Below, one piece after another: positions 17,881-27,477 of a stretch of DNA of 58,590 bases. This DNA comes from an uncultured Candidatus Saccharibacteria bacterium (GTDB taxonomy: Bacteria > Patescibacteriota > Minisyncoccia > Phycocordibacterales > PALSA-1337). The stretch is taken from assembly GCA_964629235.1 (NCBI GenBank), contig CAZVQB010000003.1, forward strand, positions 1 to 58,590. The letters are read 5' to 3'. Within the stretch, counting starts at the first letter, position 1. Each line of letters begins with the position of its first letter. The notes under the pieces were generated by a model, which saw only the letters and a program-made list of their open reading frames with translations, was not told the DNA's origin and did no database searches. The translations under genes and the position numbers were made by a program.

Positions 17881-18949
17881 TAAAATAAATAAAATTAAAA
17901 ATAATTCTTTTAATCTATCGGACCAAATATTCTTTGCTCAAAGGTTATTTATACTACTTGAATCAAACACTTCGTTGGTTGAATCTATCGCTGTGATGAG
18001 AAATATAGATAAAAATATAAGAAGAAAAGAAGTATATTCTCATATTATTTCTGATCTCGAGAAGGGCATGCCTCTAGCTAAAAGTATTAAGAATCTCGAA
18101 TTAAGATTCGATCATCTTCTTATTGTGCTCATTAAAAATGGTGAAGAGGGTGGAAGATTATCTCAATCACTAAATCAAGCCTATTTATTTTTAGAAAAGA
18201 AAAATGATATTAAGAAAAAAGTAATAAGCTCCCTTGTCTACCCATCGTTCATAGTCATTGCTACTATACTAATGACATTATTTCTTATTCTCTATATTTT
18301 TCCTAAGATAATACCGCTACTTTCAAGTCTAAATATACAACTACCGTTAATAACTAGGATTGTTCAATCTATATATTATCTTCTGATCTCAAAGGGAGTT
18401 GTGGTTGTGATTCTACTCGTACTATTATCTATATCATTCAATTTATTATTTAAAAAATATGAATTTGTTCGCCTAAAGATTCAAAAGATTATTACCAAAA
18501 TTCCTATATTATCAAAATATATTGTTACAAACGATATGATATCAGTGTGTCGGATGGGGGAAATGCTACTGTCTTCTGGTAAAGGATTAACTGATATTCT
18601 ATTGTTCTATAAAGAGTCAACCAACAATTTATTTTACAAAGTAATATATGAGGAAATATATAATGATTCAATAAAAGGTATATCATTATCAAATTCTATT
18701 GCAAAGCATAAAGATTTTTTTCCCACTATTCTTATCGATATGTTGTCCCTTGGAGAAAAATCAGGAAATCTGGGAGAGATGTTTGGTCATTGTTCACGGA
18801 TTTTTGAACAAGACATAGATAATGTTCTGAAAAGATTTTCTTCACTTATCGAACCTGTACTTATGGTTTTAATGGGGTTAATTGTTGGTTCTATCGCTCT
18901 ATCTATCATCCTACCTGTATATGAAATCACTAATCATATTTCGAAATAA
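17873..18949 (+). CDS. pilC: type IV pilus platform protein (GspF/PilC family)
   Basis: 358 aa with two GspF-like repeats and 3 TM segments; 8-nt overlap with pilB. Confidence 0.85.
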   Translation: MNNKINKIKNNSFNLSDQIFFAQRLFILLESNTSLVESIAVMRNIDKNIRRKEVYSHIISDLEKGMPLAKSIKNLELRFDHLLIVLIKNGEEGGRLSQSLNQAYLFLEKKNDIKKKVISSLVYPSFIVIATILMTLFLILYIFPKIIPLLSSLNIQLPLITRIVQSIYYLLISKGVVVVILLVLLSISFNLLFKKYEFVRLKIQKIITKIPILSKYIVTNDMISVCRMGEMLLSSGKGLTDILLFYKESTNNLFYKVIYEEIYNDSIKGISLSNSIAKHKDFFPTILIDMLSLGEKSGNLGEMFGHCSRIFEQDIDNVLKRFSSLIEPVLMVLMGLIVGSIALSIILPVYEITNHISK

Positions 18950-20225
18950 AATTACTATAACAAATAGAGGATTTCTGACGGTAGAAATTATAATTTCTTT
19001 TTCGCTTCTTGTTTTGTTTACAGTAGCAACTTTTACTCTTAATTCATCGATAATCAAGATTAAGTTGTGGTCCATAGAGGAATTAAATACTATGGAGACC
19101 TTGTCTAAAGATATCCTAAATAATATTAGTCTTGGAGATATATATTACGGAAATTATACTAAGATATTTTTTAATAAATTATTTAGTATTTCTAAAACTA
19201 ACTTTGTAGATTCGTGGGGTAAGACATATTGTGATCCTAAATTAAAATTCGATATTAAGAATTATAGTTTAAATCAAAATAATATTGATATTGGTATTTT
19301 AAATCATAGTACCGACGTTGAAGTAAGAAACAATATCGTCTATTTATCGGCCGATTCGAGTGTATCAAGTAGAAGTGATTTATTTATATTTGATACAAAT
19401 GATGTTAATAGTATTAAACTCATTTCATCGATAAATACTGGACCAGGTGTATCTGCACTTGAAGTGGTTGGACCATATGTGTACATGGCCCAAGCTAGTA
19501 CAATAAACCAATTACAGGTACTTGATATACACGATAGGTATAATCCAAAATTGATTTCACAAATTAAACTACCATTACCGACATCAAGCACAACCCCTCC
19601 ATTTGCTTCGTCCTTATATTATTCAAGAGGGTATATATATCTTGGTACCGAGAAATGGAATGGATATGAATTATCTATAGTGTCAGTACAAGATCCATAT
19701 AATCCTACGGTTGTAGGAAGTTTTGAGACAAATACTTTAATAAATGATATTTTGGCTATCGATAATAAAGTATATCTTGCTTCATCTGACGAGAAACAAA
19801 TGAGGATACTGGATGTTTCAAATCCTAGCAATCCAATACTGATAAATTCATTTTCTCCATCAGGTTGGCAAACTCAAGAAGGTAAAGTATTTGAATCATT
19901 CGAAGGTAGTATTGCGCTAGGTAGAACAGTTGGAGGATTTAATATTCAAGCAAATCATGAATTATTTATCTTTCCTACATCTACACCTATGAAATCAAAA
20001 GATATTGTGGGAGGAGTATACGGAATATTGTTAAGAGAAAAATACATTCTTGTTTTAACACACAACAATAGTAAAGAGTTTCAGGTATTTGATTATGAGT
20101 CGATGAATAAAGTATTAGATTTTGAATTGGGCTCAAATCCAGTCAGAATGGTTTGTGATAATGATAATATTTTCTTCGCAACGGGGGATAATAGTGGCTT
20201 TATTTTTCTAAAAAATAATGAATAA
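18921..20225 (+). CDS. pseudopilin-like protein fused to an LVIVD-repeat beta-propeller
   Basis: From ATG 18921: MKSLIIFRNKITITNRG|FLTVEIIISF (class III signal-like, Glu at +5). Then repeats LFIFDTNDVNSIKLIS, LQVLDIHDRYNPKLIS, LSIVSVQDPYNPTVVG, MRILDVSNPSNPILIN, FQVFDYESM. Confidence 0.75.
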   Translation: MKSLIIFRNKITITNRGFLTVEIIISFSLLVLFTVATFTLNSSIIKIKLWSIEELNTMETLSKDILNNISLGDIYYGNYTKIFFNKLFSISKTNFVDSWGKTYCDPKLKFDIKNYSLNQNNIDIGILNHSTDVEVRNNIVYLSADSSVSSRSDLFIFDTNDVNSIKLISSINTGPGVSALEVVGPYVYMAQASTINQLQVLDIHDRYNPKLISQIKLPLPTSSTTPPFASSLYYSRGYIYLGTEKWNGYELSIVSVQDPYNPTVVGSFETNTLINDILAIDNKVYLASSDEKQMRILDVSNPSNPILINSFSPSGWQTQEGKVFESFEGSIALGRTVGGFNIQANHELFIFPTSTPMKSKDIVGGVYGILLREKYILVLTHNNSKEFQVFDYESMNKVLDFELGSNPVRMVCDNDNIFFATGDNSGFIFLKNNE

Positions 20226-20385
20226 AGGTTTTACATTAATTGAAACAATTTTATATGTAAGTTTACTATCAATGCTTGTTCTCGGAGTATTCTCTTCAAT
20301 TATTGGAGTTATGTATACACAACAAAAGAGGCCAATTTTAAAAGATGAAGATTATAAGATGTTAATAAAGAATTTTTATGAATAG
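20218..20385 (+). CDS. 55-aa minor pseudopilin (absent from ORF track because under 60 aa)
   Basis: MNKG|FTLIETILYVSLLSMLVLGVFSSIIGV.. is a canonical prepilin cleavage/methylation motif. The start overlaps the stop of the upstream gene and the stop overlaps the start of the next. Confidence 0.75.
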   Translation: MNKGFTLIETILYVSLLSMLVLGVFSSIIGVMYTQQKRPILKDEDYKMLIKNFYE

Positions 20386-20764
20386 GATAAACAAAAACCA
20401 CAACAAGGGATTTGCATCGATTACACTTGTGATTCTAGCCTCCAGTATGTTATTAGCTTTTTCTTATCTACAATCGATTGAAATTGTTTCTTTTTTTGAT
20501 CAAGTAATAACAAAAGAATATAGATTGATGAATTACTACAATGCAAACAATTGTATAGATCAAGCAATGTTAAGATTATCTTCAGACTACTTTTTCAGAA
20601 CAAATAATCCAATTAAGATTGGATATTTGAACTGTAAAATAATGAAGGTATATGATTTAGGCGGAATTATAACAATTGAATCTCAAGGTGATTATAAAGA
20701 TATTAATGTAAATAAAACCGCGAAAATTAAGTTGTATGATGATAGACTAGAATTAATTCAATAA
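20378..20764 (+). CDS. minor pseudopilin-like protein (PilX/GspK style, no Glu5)
   Basis: MNRINKNHNKG|FASITLVILASSMLLAF hydrophobic N-terminus; 128 aa. Confidence 0.6.
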   Translation: MNRINKNHNKGFASITLVILASSMLLAFSYLQSIEIVSFFDQVITKEYRLMNYYNANNCIDQAMLRLSSDYFFRTNNPIKIGYLNCKIMKVYDLGGIITIESQGDYKDINVNKTAKIKLYDDRLELIQ

Positions 20765-20877
20765 ATTATTTTGTAAATAAAATTTTGATAAAAATTTCAT
20801 TTAGATTTCATTTTAATTTTAAATAGAATTTATCATTGAGGGTTATGATTTATTTATTATTAATTAATTTAAATTTA

Positions 20878-21333
20878 ATGAAAAAATATAATATAAATAA
20901 AAAAGGTTTTACTTTGATCGAAATTTTGGTTGTGATAGGAATAATTGCTGTCTTGGCTGCTGTAGTTCTTGTAGCTATAAATCCTGCTAGACAATTTAAA
21001 CTTGCTAGAGATTCACAAAGAGTTGCGAATGTAACAGCGATATTAAATGCAGTTGGACAAAATATGGCAGAGAATAGGGGAATATTTCAATGCAGTGTAT
21101 CTCTGGCAAGTACATCAAAAAATATTTCGAGTATTTTGGGTGATGCTGATATTGCTTCATGCTTAGTACCAACCTATGTTTCATCATTACCATTTGATCC
21201 ATCAAAAACTGGGGCAAAATTTGTAAGTGTTTTAGATTATGATACAAAATACCAAATATCACAGGATAGTGATGGTAGAGTAAAAGTAAGTGCTGTTGGT
21301 GAAATAAATCCAGATATATCAGTAACAAGATAG
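20878..21333 (+). CDS. type IV pilin (probable major pilin)
   Basis: MKKYNINKKG|FTLIEILVVIGIIAVLAAVVLVAINP is a canonical motif. It has its own AT-rich upstream region. An alternative start at ATG 20845 follows GAGGG. Confidence 0.85.
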   Translation: MKKYNINKKGFTLIEILVVIGIIAVLAAVVLVAINPARQFKLARDSQRVANVTAILNAVGQNMAENRGIFQCSVSLASTSKNISSILGDADIASCLVPTYVSSLPFDPSKTGAKFVSVLDYDTKYQISQDSDGRVKVSAVGEINPDISVTR

Positions 21334-21354
21334 AATCTAAAACAGTATCCAATC

Positions 21355-21363
21355 TGCTATAAT
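21355..21363 (+). promoter_or_regulatory. extended -10 TGcTATAAT, exactly 6 nt before the ATG at 21370
   Basis: tgctataat-ataata-atg read directly. Confidence 0.55.
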
Positions 21364-21369
21364 ATAATA

Positions 21370-22341
21370 ATGAACCGCAACAAGTATTTACTCATATTCT
21401 GCCTCATAATCATCATCGCAGTAGCATCTATAAAAGATGTTAATGAGAGATTCTATCGAGTTGCATTAGAGATACCAGAAATATCAAAGATTGCCGATGA
21501 AAAGATCGAGGATAATGCAGAGATTGATCCAAAAATACTTATAGACGATCACAATAAGGTTGTAGAGAAACCAATAGTAAAGCCTACTACTCCAAGACCG
21601 TATATAACAGCCGAATCGTATCTTGTTGCGAACCTTGTTACTGGGGAGAAATATATAGATTTTAATTCGAATAAAGTATTCCCGATTGCTTCAGTTAGTA
21701 AACTGTATACCGCTCTTGTAGTACATCATTTATTTGATTTAGAAAAAGATATTGAAATTAAACAAAGTGCTCTGGATGCTTATGGTGATGCAGGACATTT
21801 AGTTTTGGGTGAGAAATTCAAACCAGATGAATTGCTCCATGTATTGTTACTTGAATCAAGTAATGATGCAGCCGTAGCATTCGCTGATTCATTTGGGTAT
21901 AAAGAGTTTATGGAACAAATGAATGCATTTGCACAAGAGATTGGTATGAGTAATACAAAATTCAATGACTCATCAGGGCTAAGTCCCAATAATGTATCTA
22001 GTGCATTAGACCTACTGACATTAACTAAATATCTATATACTTCAGAAAAGGGAATACTAGATATTTCAAAAAAATATCAAATAGATATAGCTACAACTAC
22101 GGATCATGGATATCATCATCTAACAAATATTAATCCTTTTTCGATGAGGGAAGATTTTATTGGAGGAAAAACTGGAAGAACTCAACAAGCAAAAGAAGCT
22201 ATGGTCTCTCTCTTTAACCAAGAAATAAATGGTACTGTATACCCAATTGCTATTATAGTTTTAAGATCTGATTACGGTGAAAGGGAAATAAATACTGAAA
22301 AATTATTAGGACAATTTAATGAGAAGATTTTGAAAAAATAG
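21370..22341 (+). CDS. D-alanyl-D-alanine carboxypeptidase (S11 family)
   Basis: SxxK (SVSKLYT), SxN (SSNDAA), KTG (GGKTGRT); N-terminal TM anchor. Confidence 0.85.
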   Translation: MNRNKYLLIFCLIIIIAVASIKDVNERFYRVALEIPEISKIADEKIEDNAEIDPKILIDDHNKVVEKPIVKPTTPRPYITAESYLVANLVTGEKYIDFNSNKVFPIASVSKLYTALVVHHLFDLEKDIEIKQSALDAYGDAGHLVLGEKFKPDELLHVLLLESSNDAAVAFADSFGYKEFMEQMNAFAQEIGMSNTKFNDSSGLSPNNVSSALDLLTLTKYLYTSEKGILDISKKYQIDIATTTDHGYHHLTNINPFSMREDFIGGKTGRTQQAKEAMVSLFNQEINGTVYPIAIIVLRSDYGEREINTEKLLGQFNEKILKK

Positions 22342-23893
22342 GTAAATACATTTTCTTAACGTATTCGTTTAACATCCTCTCGGTACTGAATTGATTCAAA
22401 ATAAGATTTCTTGAATTTTTCATCATATCATTCCAATTATTCTTATCGTCATAATAACTTGGTATTATCTGTTGCTCTAGAATGTCCAATAGATTTTTGG
22501 TTATCTCTCCATCCTGAACTTTCCAACCAATATTTGTAAGATCTACTTCATCTATCCATCCGTCACTTGTACTTAGTGGCAACACACCGTTAAGACAAGC
22601 TTTCATTCCACTGGTACCGCATGCTTCTCGCCCGACTTCTGGGGTATTTAGCCATACATCACAGCCTGATACCATCATCTTTGCTATATCCATATCGTAG
22701 TTTGGGATGAAAATGATATTATCTTGTAGATCGTTATCGATAATATCTTCTAATTCCTTTATAAAATGATTTTCTTTGTCGTATGTTTTATTTACTATAC
22801 TTGAATATACGATAACTACTTTCCTATTTTCATCCTTTGCGATTTTCTTGAATCTCTCTACATCACCAAGTATCGCTAAAGGTCTTTTATATTCTACAAA
22901 TCTTCTTGACCAACCCAGAATTAAAACATCCTCGTCTAAAGTTATTTTATTTTTTTGTTTAATATAGTCTATAAGCTTCCTCTTACTTTCTTTGTGACTG
23001 TAATACTTCAAATTATCCCATCTCTCTATGAAAATTCCATTTGTAACCACTTCCTTATTGTATTTACTCCACAGATCTTTTGCCATTTTGCCGTGTAGAA
23101 CACTTACGGCATTTACTTTTGATGACATATTTAACGCTAGATTGGTCATAGAAAACATTTTTACTGATTCTTCATAACCAAGTTTGATAAAATCTTCTGA
23201 AAAGATATTTTTCATCGCATTTATATCAAACATTTCCTGACCTGCTTGTACTAATGTATGATTTGTAAAGACTATTCTTTCTCTTGCAATCTTAACTGCT
23301 TCATTGAAACCTACTTTATTTTCTTCAACAATATTTGAAATCAATTCTGAAGTCATAAAAGAAGAATGTCCTTCATTTAAATGATATAGGGAAGGATTAA
23401 TATTTAGTTTTTTGATAACTTTCATTCCTCCAATTCCTAGTATTATTTCTTGTTTTAGTCTCAAGTCTCTATCTTCAACATACAAAGTATCAGTTATTGT
23501 CCAATCGTAAGGACTATTTTCCTCAACTTGAGTATCTAGTAAATACAGAGTTAATTGTCCCTTACTCCATTTCCATACTTGTATGTTCGCTGTATGATCT
23601 CCTAGAAAAATTGGTATTTTTAAAATACTTCCATCTTTATCTCTCAACAATTCTAATCCTAGTTCGTTTGGAGTTTTTCTCTCTCGACTCAACTCAAGAC
23701 CATGTAGGTGCTCTTTGTGATAAAAAAGTCCTATCGCTACAGCAGGGAAGTTTTGTTTAATAATCTCATTTATGTAGTCTCCGGCAAGGATACCAAGACC
23801 TCCAGTATAGAGTGGTGTATGATCAAATAAAGCATATTCAGCACAAAAATATGCGACTGGTCTATTTTTAAATATCTTTATATTTTCTTTCAT
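22316..23893 (-). CDS. glgP: alpha-glucan phosphorylase (GT35, short archaeal/maltodextrin type)
   Basis: GGLGILAGD near the N-terminus; PLP-Lys motif EACGTSGMKA. Confidence 0.85.
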   Translation of the reverse strand: MKENIKIFKNRPVAYFCAEYALFDHTPLYTGGLGILAGDYINEIIKQNFPAVAIGLFYHKEHLHGLELSRERKTPNELGLELLRDKDGSILKIPIFLGDHTANIQVWKWSKGQLTLYLLDTQVEENSPYDWTITDTLYVEDRDLRLKQEIILGIGGMKVIKKLNINPSLYHLNEGHSSFMTSELISNIVEENKVGFNEAVKIARERIVFTNHTLVQAGQEMFDINAMKNIFSEDFIKLGYEESVKMFSMTNLALNMSSKVNAVSVLHGKMAKDLWSKYNKEVVTNGIFIERWDNLKYYSHKESKRKLIDYIKQKNKITLDEDVLILGWSRRFVEYKRPLAILGDVERFKKIAKDENRKVVIVYSSIVNKTYDKENHFIKELEDIIDNDLQDNIIFIPNYDMDIAKMMVSGCDVWLNTPEVGREACGTSGMKACLNGVLPLSTSDGWIDEVDLTNIGWKVQDGEITKNLLDILEQQIIPSYYDDKNNWNDMMKNSRNLILNQFSTERMLNEYVKKMYLPIFSKSSH

Positions 23894-23894
23894 T

Positions 23895-25385
23895 TTATGA
23901 ACCTCTTTGTTCTGGTTGTCCTCCTCTCATTCTCCTGTACTTCTCCTCGTATTCGACTATAGTTTTTTCTACTTCATCGTGTGGAATTTTTACTCTTACC
24001 AAATCTATAGCATTCATTGTGTCGTAAATATCAAGTTTATTTTCTAATTTAAATATTGCATCACGCCAAAGGATAGCTTGTTCATACTCACCCTTTTTCA
24101 CTGCATCATTTTTTAACTTTTCCATCATATCGAGGAAAGCATAATAGACATTTTCAGAGCCAGGTTTCCCTAGAGTTCGATCTTTGAATGGGATTCTAAG
24201 TATTCCTTGTTGAGCTTGCATCATTTGTCTAATCTTGCCAGTTCTTTGCCAATTGAAACCTGTTGTAATTATATGTTCATAATAGTCACGACCCTTTTCC
24301 AATTTTTCTTTGGATATATCTGGTATAAATCTTAATGTATCAAGTAGTCTAAATGCTCCATCTTCGATCATTTCCATACTCCACCAAGGTTTAGCAGATG
24401 CCCACCAGAAATGATCAGAAGCAAGGGCAATGTCCATCTTTTTTCTTATCATATCGTATCTAGAATGATTTTTATCAATGGCATAAACCTCATTTAGAAC
24501 TAAATCTGTAAGTGCCCATTGCCATTTGTGTATTATATTTTCTGGATCTGACCAAGAGAGGAATTGACTACCATTGTCTATGTCTTGCTTGCTCGATGCC
24601 CAAGTTGCTTTTGCAGGTTCTATTACGATATTCTCATTATAAAATTTATCTGCATCAGAGATCTGAATAAATTCTACATCTTTTGTTTTAAATACTTCAA
24701 AAAGCATTTTTTCCAATCCTGGTCTATGGTGACCAAATGTCTCAATATCCATAGCTGTAACGATATACTTGTCTTGGTTTATATCATCACCCAAAGCATT
24801 CAAAAGAGTATCACTCGATCTTACCACCGCACTCATTATTAGATTACTAAGTCTTCTGTCTCTAAAGAAAACTTTCAGTTTCGTATTTTTAATTTTATAG
24901 ACTTTATTGTAATCAATTTTTCCTACTTCACCCCCACATGATATTTCATCAAGTATGATCCATTCAAAACCCATTTTTTCAATGATAGGTGCAATCTTTG
25001 AATCATAAGCCATTTCAGGGGCAAAAAAACCTTTTGGAGTATAATTTTCTCCTAAGTATTTTTTTAATGTTTCATTGTTTAGACTAATTTGTCTAATGAT
25101 TTCTTGTTCATTTAAAAAGGGAAGTAAAGCATGATATTTTGCTGAAGAAGTAAATTCTACTCTTCCTTCTTGTGCTAGAGCATATAGATTGTCCAATATG
25201 TCTCTATATCCGTACTTATCAAAAAGTTCAAAAAGGGCACCATTAATATTTAGTGTTAGTCTAATATCTTTATTCTCCATCAAACCGTTTACGATTGGGC
25301 GATAACATTGAACTACAATAGACTCTAGAATGTCAGGCTGTTGTTCTGCTGGTTGATACATGTGAAGAAAATTTGCCCATCTCAT
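23895..25385 (-). CDS. glycoside hydrolase family 57 protein with C-terminal UVR-like motif
   Basis: N-terminal FLHMYQP, MDIETFGHH block, 496 aa. C-terminal GEYEQAILWRDAIFKLENKL resembles the UvrB/UvrC (UVR) motif. Confidence 0.7.
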   Translation of the reverse strand: MRWANFLHMYQPAEQQPDILESIVVQCYRPIVNGLMENKDIRLTLNINGALFELFDKYGYRDILDNLYALAQEGRVEFTSSAKYHALLPFLNEQEIIRQISLNNETLKKYLGENYTPKGFFAPEMAYDSKIAPIIEKMGFEWIILDEISCGGEVGKIDYNKVYKIKNTKLKVFFRDRRLSNLIMSAVVRSSDTLLNALGDDINQDKYIVTAMDIETFGHHRPGLEKMLFEVFKTKDVEFIQISDADKFYNENIVIEPAKATWASSKQDIDNGSQFLSWSDPENIIHKWQWALTDLVLNEVYAIDKNHSRYDMIRKKMDIALASDHFWWASAKPWWSMEMIEDGAFRLLDTLRFIPDISKEKLEKGRDYYEHIITTGFNWQRTGKIRQMMQAQQGILRIPFKDRTLGKPGSENVYYAFLDMMEKLKNDAVKKGEYEQAILWRDAIFKLENKLDIYDTMNAIDLVRVKIPHDEVEKTIVEYEEKYRRMRGGQPEQRGS

Positions 25386-25389
25386 ATTT

Positions 25390-26916
25390 TTATTCTTTTG
25401 ATTCCTTATTAAAATTAATTGCTTTATTGAATAGATCTACATATTCTTTTGCAGATTTCGTCCATGAGAAATTTGAAGCCATCGCTCTTTTTTGCATTTT
25501 TCTCCACTCATCTTTATATTTGTAAGTTTCAATTGCTTCTACCATAGCGCCAAAGAAAGCAAATTTATCATAATTTTCAAATACGAAACCAGTACCAGTT
25601 TTTGTAATTGGAGAATATTTCTCAACACTATCTGCTAATCCTCCTGTCTTTCTTACTAGAGGAATAGCGCCATATCTCATTGCTTCCATTTGAGTTAGTC
25701 CTGATGGTTCAAATCTTGAAGGGACAAGTATTACATCAGCACCGGAATGTATGATATGTGGTAAAACTCTATCAAAAGAAAGATGAGTTGCTACCTGGCT
25801 GTATTTTTTATCTAATTCGCCAAAATATGAAAGGAATCTAGATTCTCCTGTGCCAAGTATTATTAATTGAAATTTGTAATTTCTTAATAATGGTTCAATC
25901 GTATCTGCTATTAGATCGAGTCCTTTTTGCTCACTAAGTCTTCCTAAAGAAGCAAATATAGGAATATTCGGATCTTCTTCAAGATTAAACTTTCTCTGTA
26001 AGAAGGCTTTGTTTTTTGCTCTTTCGTCAATACTTCTTATGGAATACTTATTCTCAACGTGTGGATTTTCTTCTGGATTATTTGAATCATAGTCAATACC
26101 ATTTAATATTCCAAAAACTCTAGATCTTCTTTCTTGAAGTATTGTATCCAACAACTCACCATATTCAGGTGTTGTTATCTCTTGTGCATAGGTTGGGGAT
26201 ACGGTATTTATAACATCAGCATATCTAATACCACGTCTCATGAAATTTGTTTTTAATAGGCGAGGATCACCAATTGCGGGTGCTGTAGATTGTCCATCGT
26301 CATAATCAAGTTCGTTTATATGTCTATAGTCAAACATTCCTTGATAATGAAGATTATGTATAGAAAAAGTTACAGCAATATTTGATATTATTGGATCATC
26401 CTTGTATTCAGTTTTCATCAGGTTTGGTATCAAACCGCCTTGCCAATCTGAAGCTACAATAACATCTGGTATCCAATCATTGTCTTTTGATCTTATGAAT
26501 TCTAATGTGCCTCTACACAAAACTGCCCATCGCGCAGCATCATCATCATAACCATAAACACTTCCTCTCTGTTCGAAAAATTCTTGATTTTCTAGAAAAT
26601 AGTTTTTAGGTATATCGTCACTTTCAAGAGATTTTATATTACAAATAATAGGTCTTTCTGTATAGCCATTTGTTCCTGGTACGTGTATACCATTTATATT
26701 CTCTTTAAACTTATATTTTTCAGCTGGAATACTGAGATATTTTGGAATTATTACTCGAGCATCGTGCCCAAGCTCTCTTAATGCTTTTGGTAGGGCATAC
26801 ATAACCTCTCCTAGACCACCAATTTTAACGAATGGGGAAGCTTCGGTAGCTACAAAGAGAATCTTTAGCTTTCTATCTTTCTTTATAAAACGCATTAATC
26901 TGATTTTAGAAGCCAT
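25390..26916 (-). CDS. glgA: glycogen/starch synthase (GT5)
   Basis: KILFVATEASPFVKIGGLGEVMYALPKAL is the classic KxGGL motif; 508 aa. Confidence 0.9.
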   Translation of the reverse strand: MASKIRLMRFIKKDRKLKILFVATEASPFVKIGGLGEVMYALPKALRELGHDARVIIPKYLSIPAEKYKFKENINGIHVPGTNGYTERPIICNIKSLESDDIPKNYFLENQEFFEQRGSVYGYDDDAARWAVLCRGTLEFIRSKDNDWIPDVIVASDWQGGLIPNLMKTEYKDDPIISNIAVTFSIHNLHYQGMFDYRHINELDYDDGQSTAPAIGDPRLLKTNFMRRGIRYADVINTVSPTYAQEITTPEYGELLDTILQERRSRVFGILNGIDYDSNNPEENPHVENKYSIRSIDERAKNKAFLQRKFNLEEDPNIPIFASLGRLSEQKGLDLIADTIEPLLRNYKFQLIILGTGESRFLSYFGELDKKYSQVATHLSFDRVLPHIIHSGADVILVPSRFEPSGLTQMEAMRYGAIPLVRKTGGLADSVEKYSPITKTGTGFVFENYDKFAFFGAMVEAIETYKYKDEWRKMQKRAMASNFSWTKSAKEYVDLFNKAINFNKESKE

Positions 26917-26925
26917 TGTAATAAA

Positions 26926-27477
26926 TTATAACACGAATTCAATTTCTGGAATATCTATATATTCATTATTTTTTACAAAATCAGGTTTGCCATTTTTTTC
27001 TACTACATAATATGCAAATCCTTTCATTTTCCTAACAGATTCATAGTCTGCGTGACCTGGCATACCCACAGGATCCTTCTCTTCAAAGTTTACTGGACTA
27101 TCATCAGATGTTACTAGCCATGTTTTACCAGTATTTAGAGCTAGATGACCAGTATTCTTCGGTATATGTATCTTGTCACCAGCCTTAACTTTTATTACTT
27201 TAAAACTTTCTATCTTTTTATTTTCGATAGGACTTTGAAGCAAGATAATTCCTTCACCTTCAAGTATTGTATAGTATTCTTCGAGATCACCTACATGATA
27301 ATGTCCATAAGCTTTTATATATTCTCCTGATATAGTTCCTGGTTCCCAAACTGTAATGTTTCTTTTGTTACTACCTCCTCTTATCATGTAGTAATGGATG
27401 GAAGGACCCTTTCCATTTGGATCCATTAAAACATCTTTCATCTTCTCATGTGTCCTTTCTGCAAATGCTTTAATCAT
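26926..27477 (-). CDS. cupin-type glucose-6-phosphate isomerase (archaeal cPGI type)
   Basis: 183 aa. The metal motif AYGHYHVGDLEEYYTILEGEGIILL resembles T.GH.H......E.Y of Pyrococcus-type cPGI. Confidence 0.65.
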   Translation of the reverse strand: MIKAFAERTHEKMKDVLMDPNGKGPSIHYYMIRGGSNKRNITVWEPGTISGEYIKAYGHYHVGDLEEYYTILEGEGIILLQSPIENKKIESFKVIKVKAGDKIHIPKNTGHLALNTGKTWLVTSDDSPVNFEEKDPVGMPGHADYESVRKMKGFAYYVVEKNGKPDFVKNNEYIDIPEIEFVL

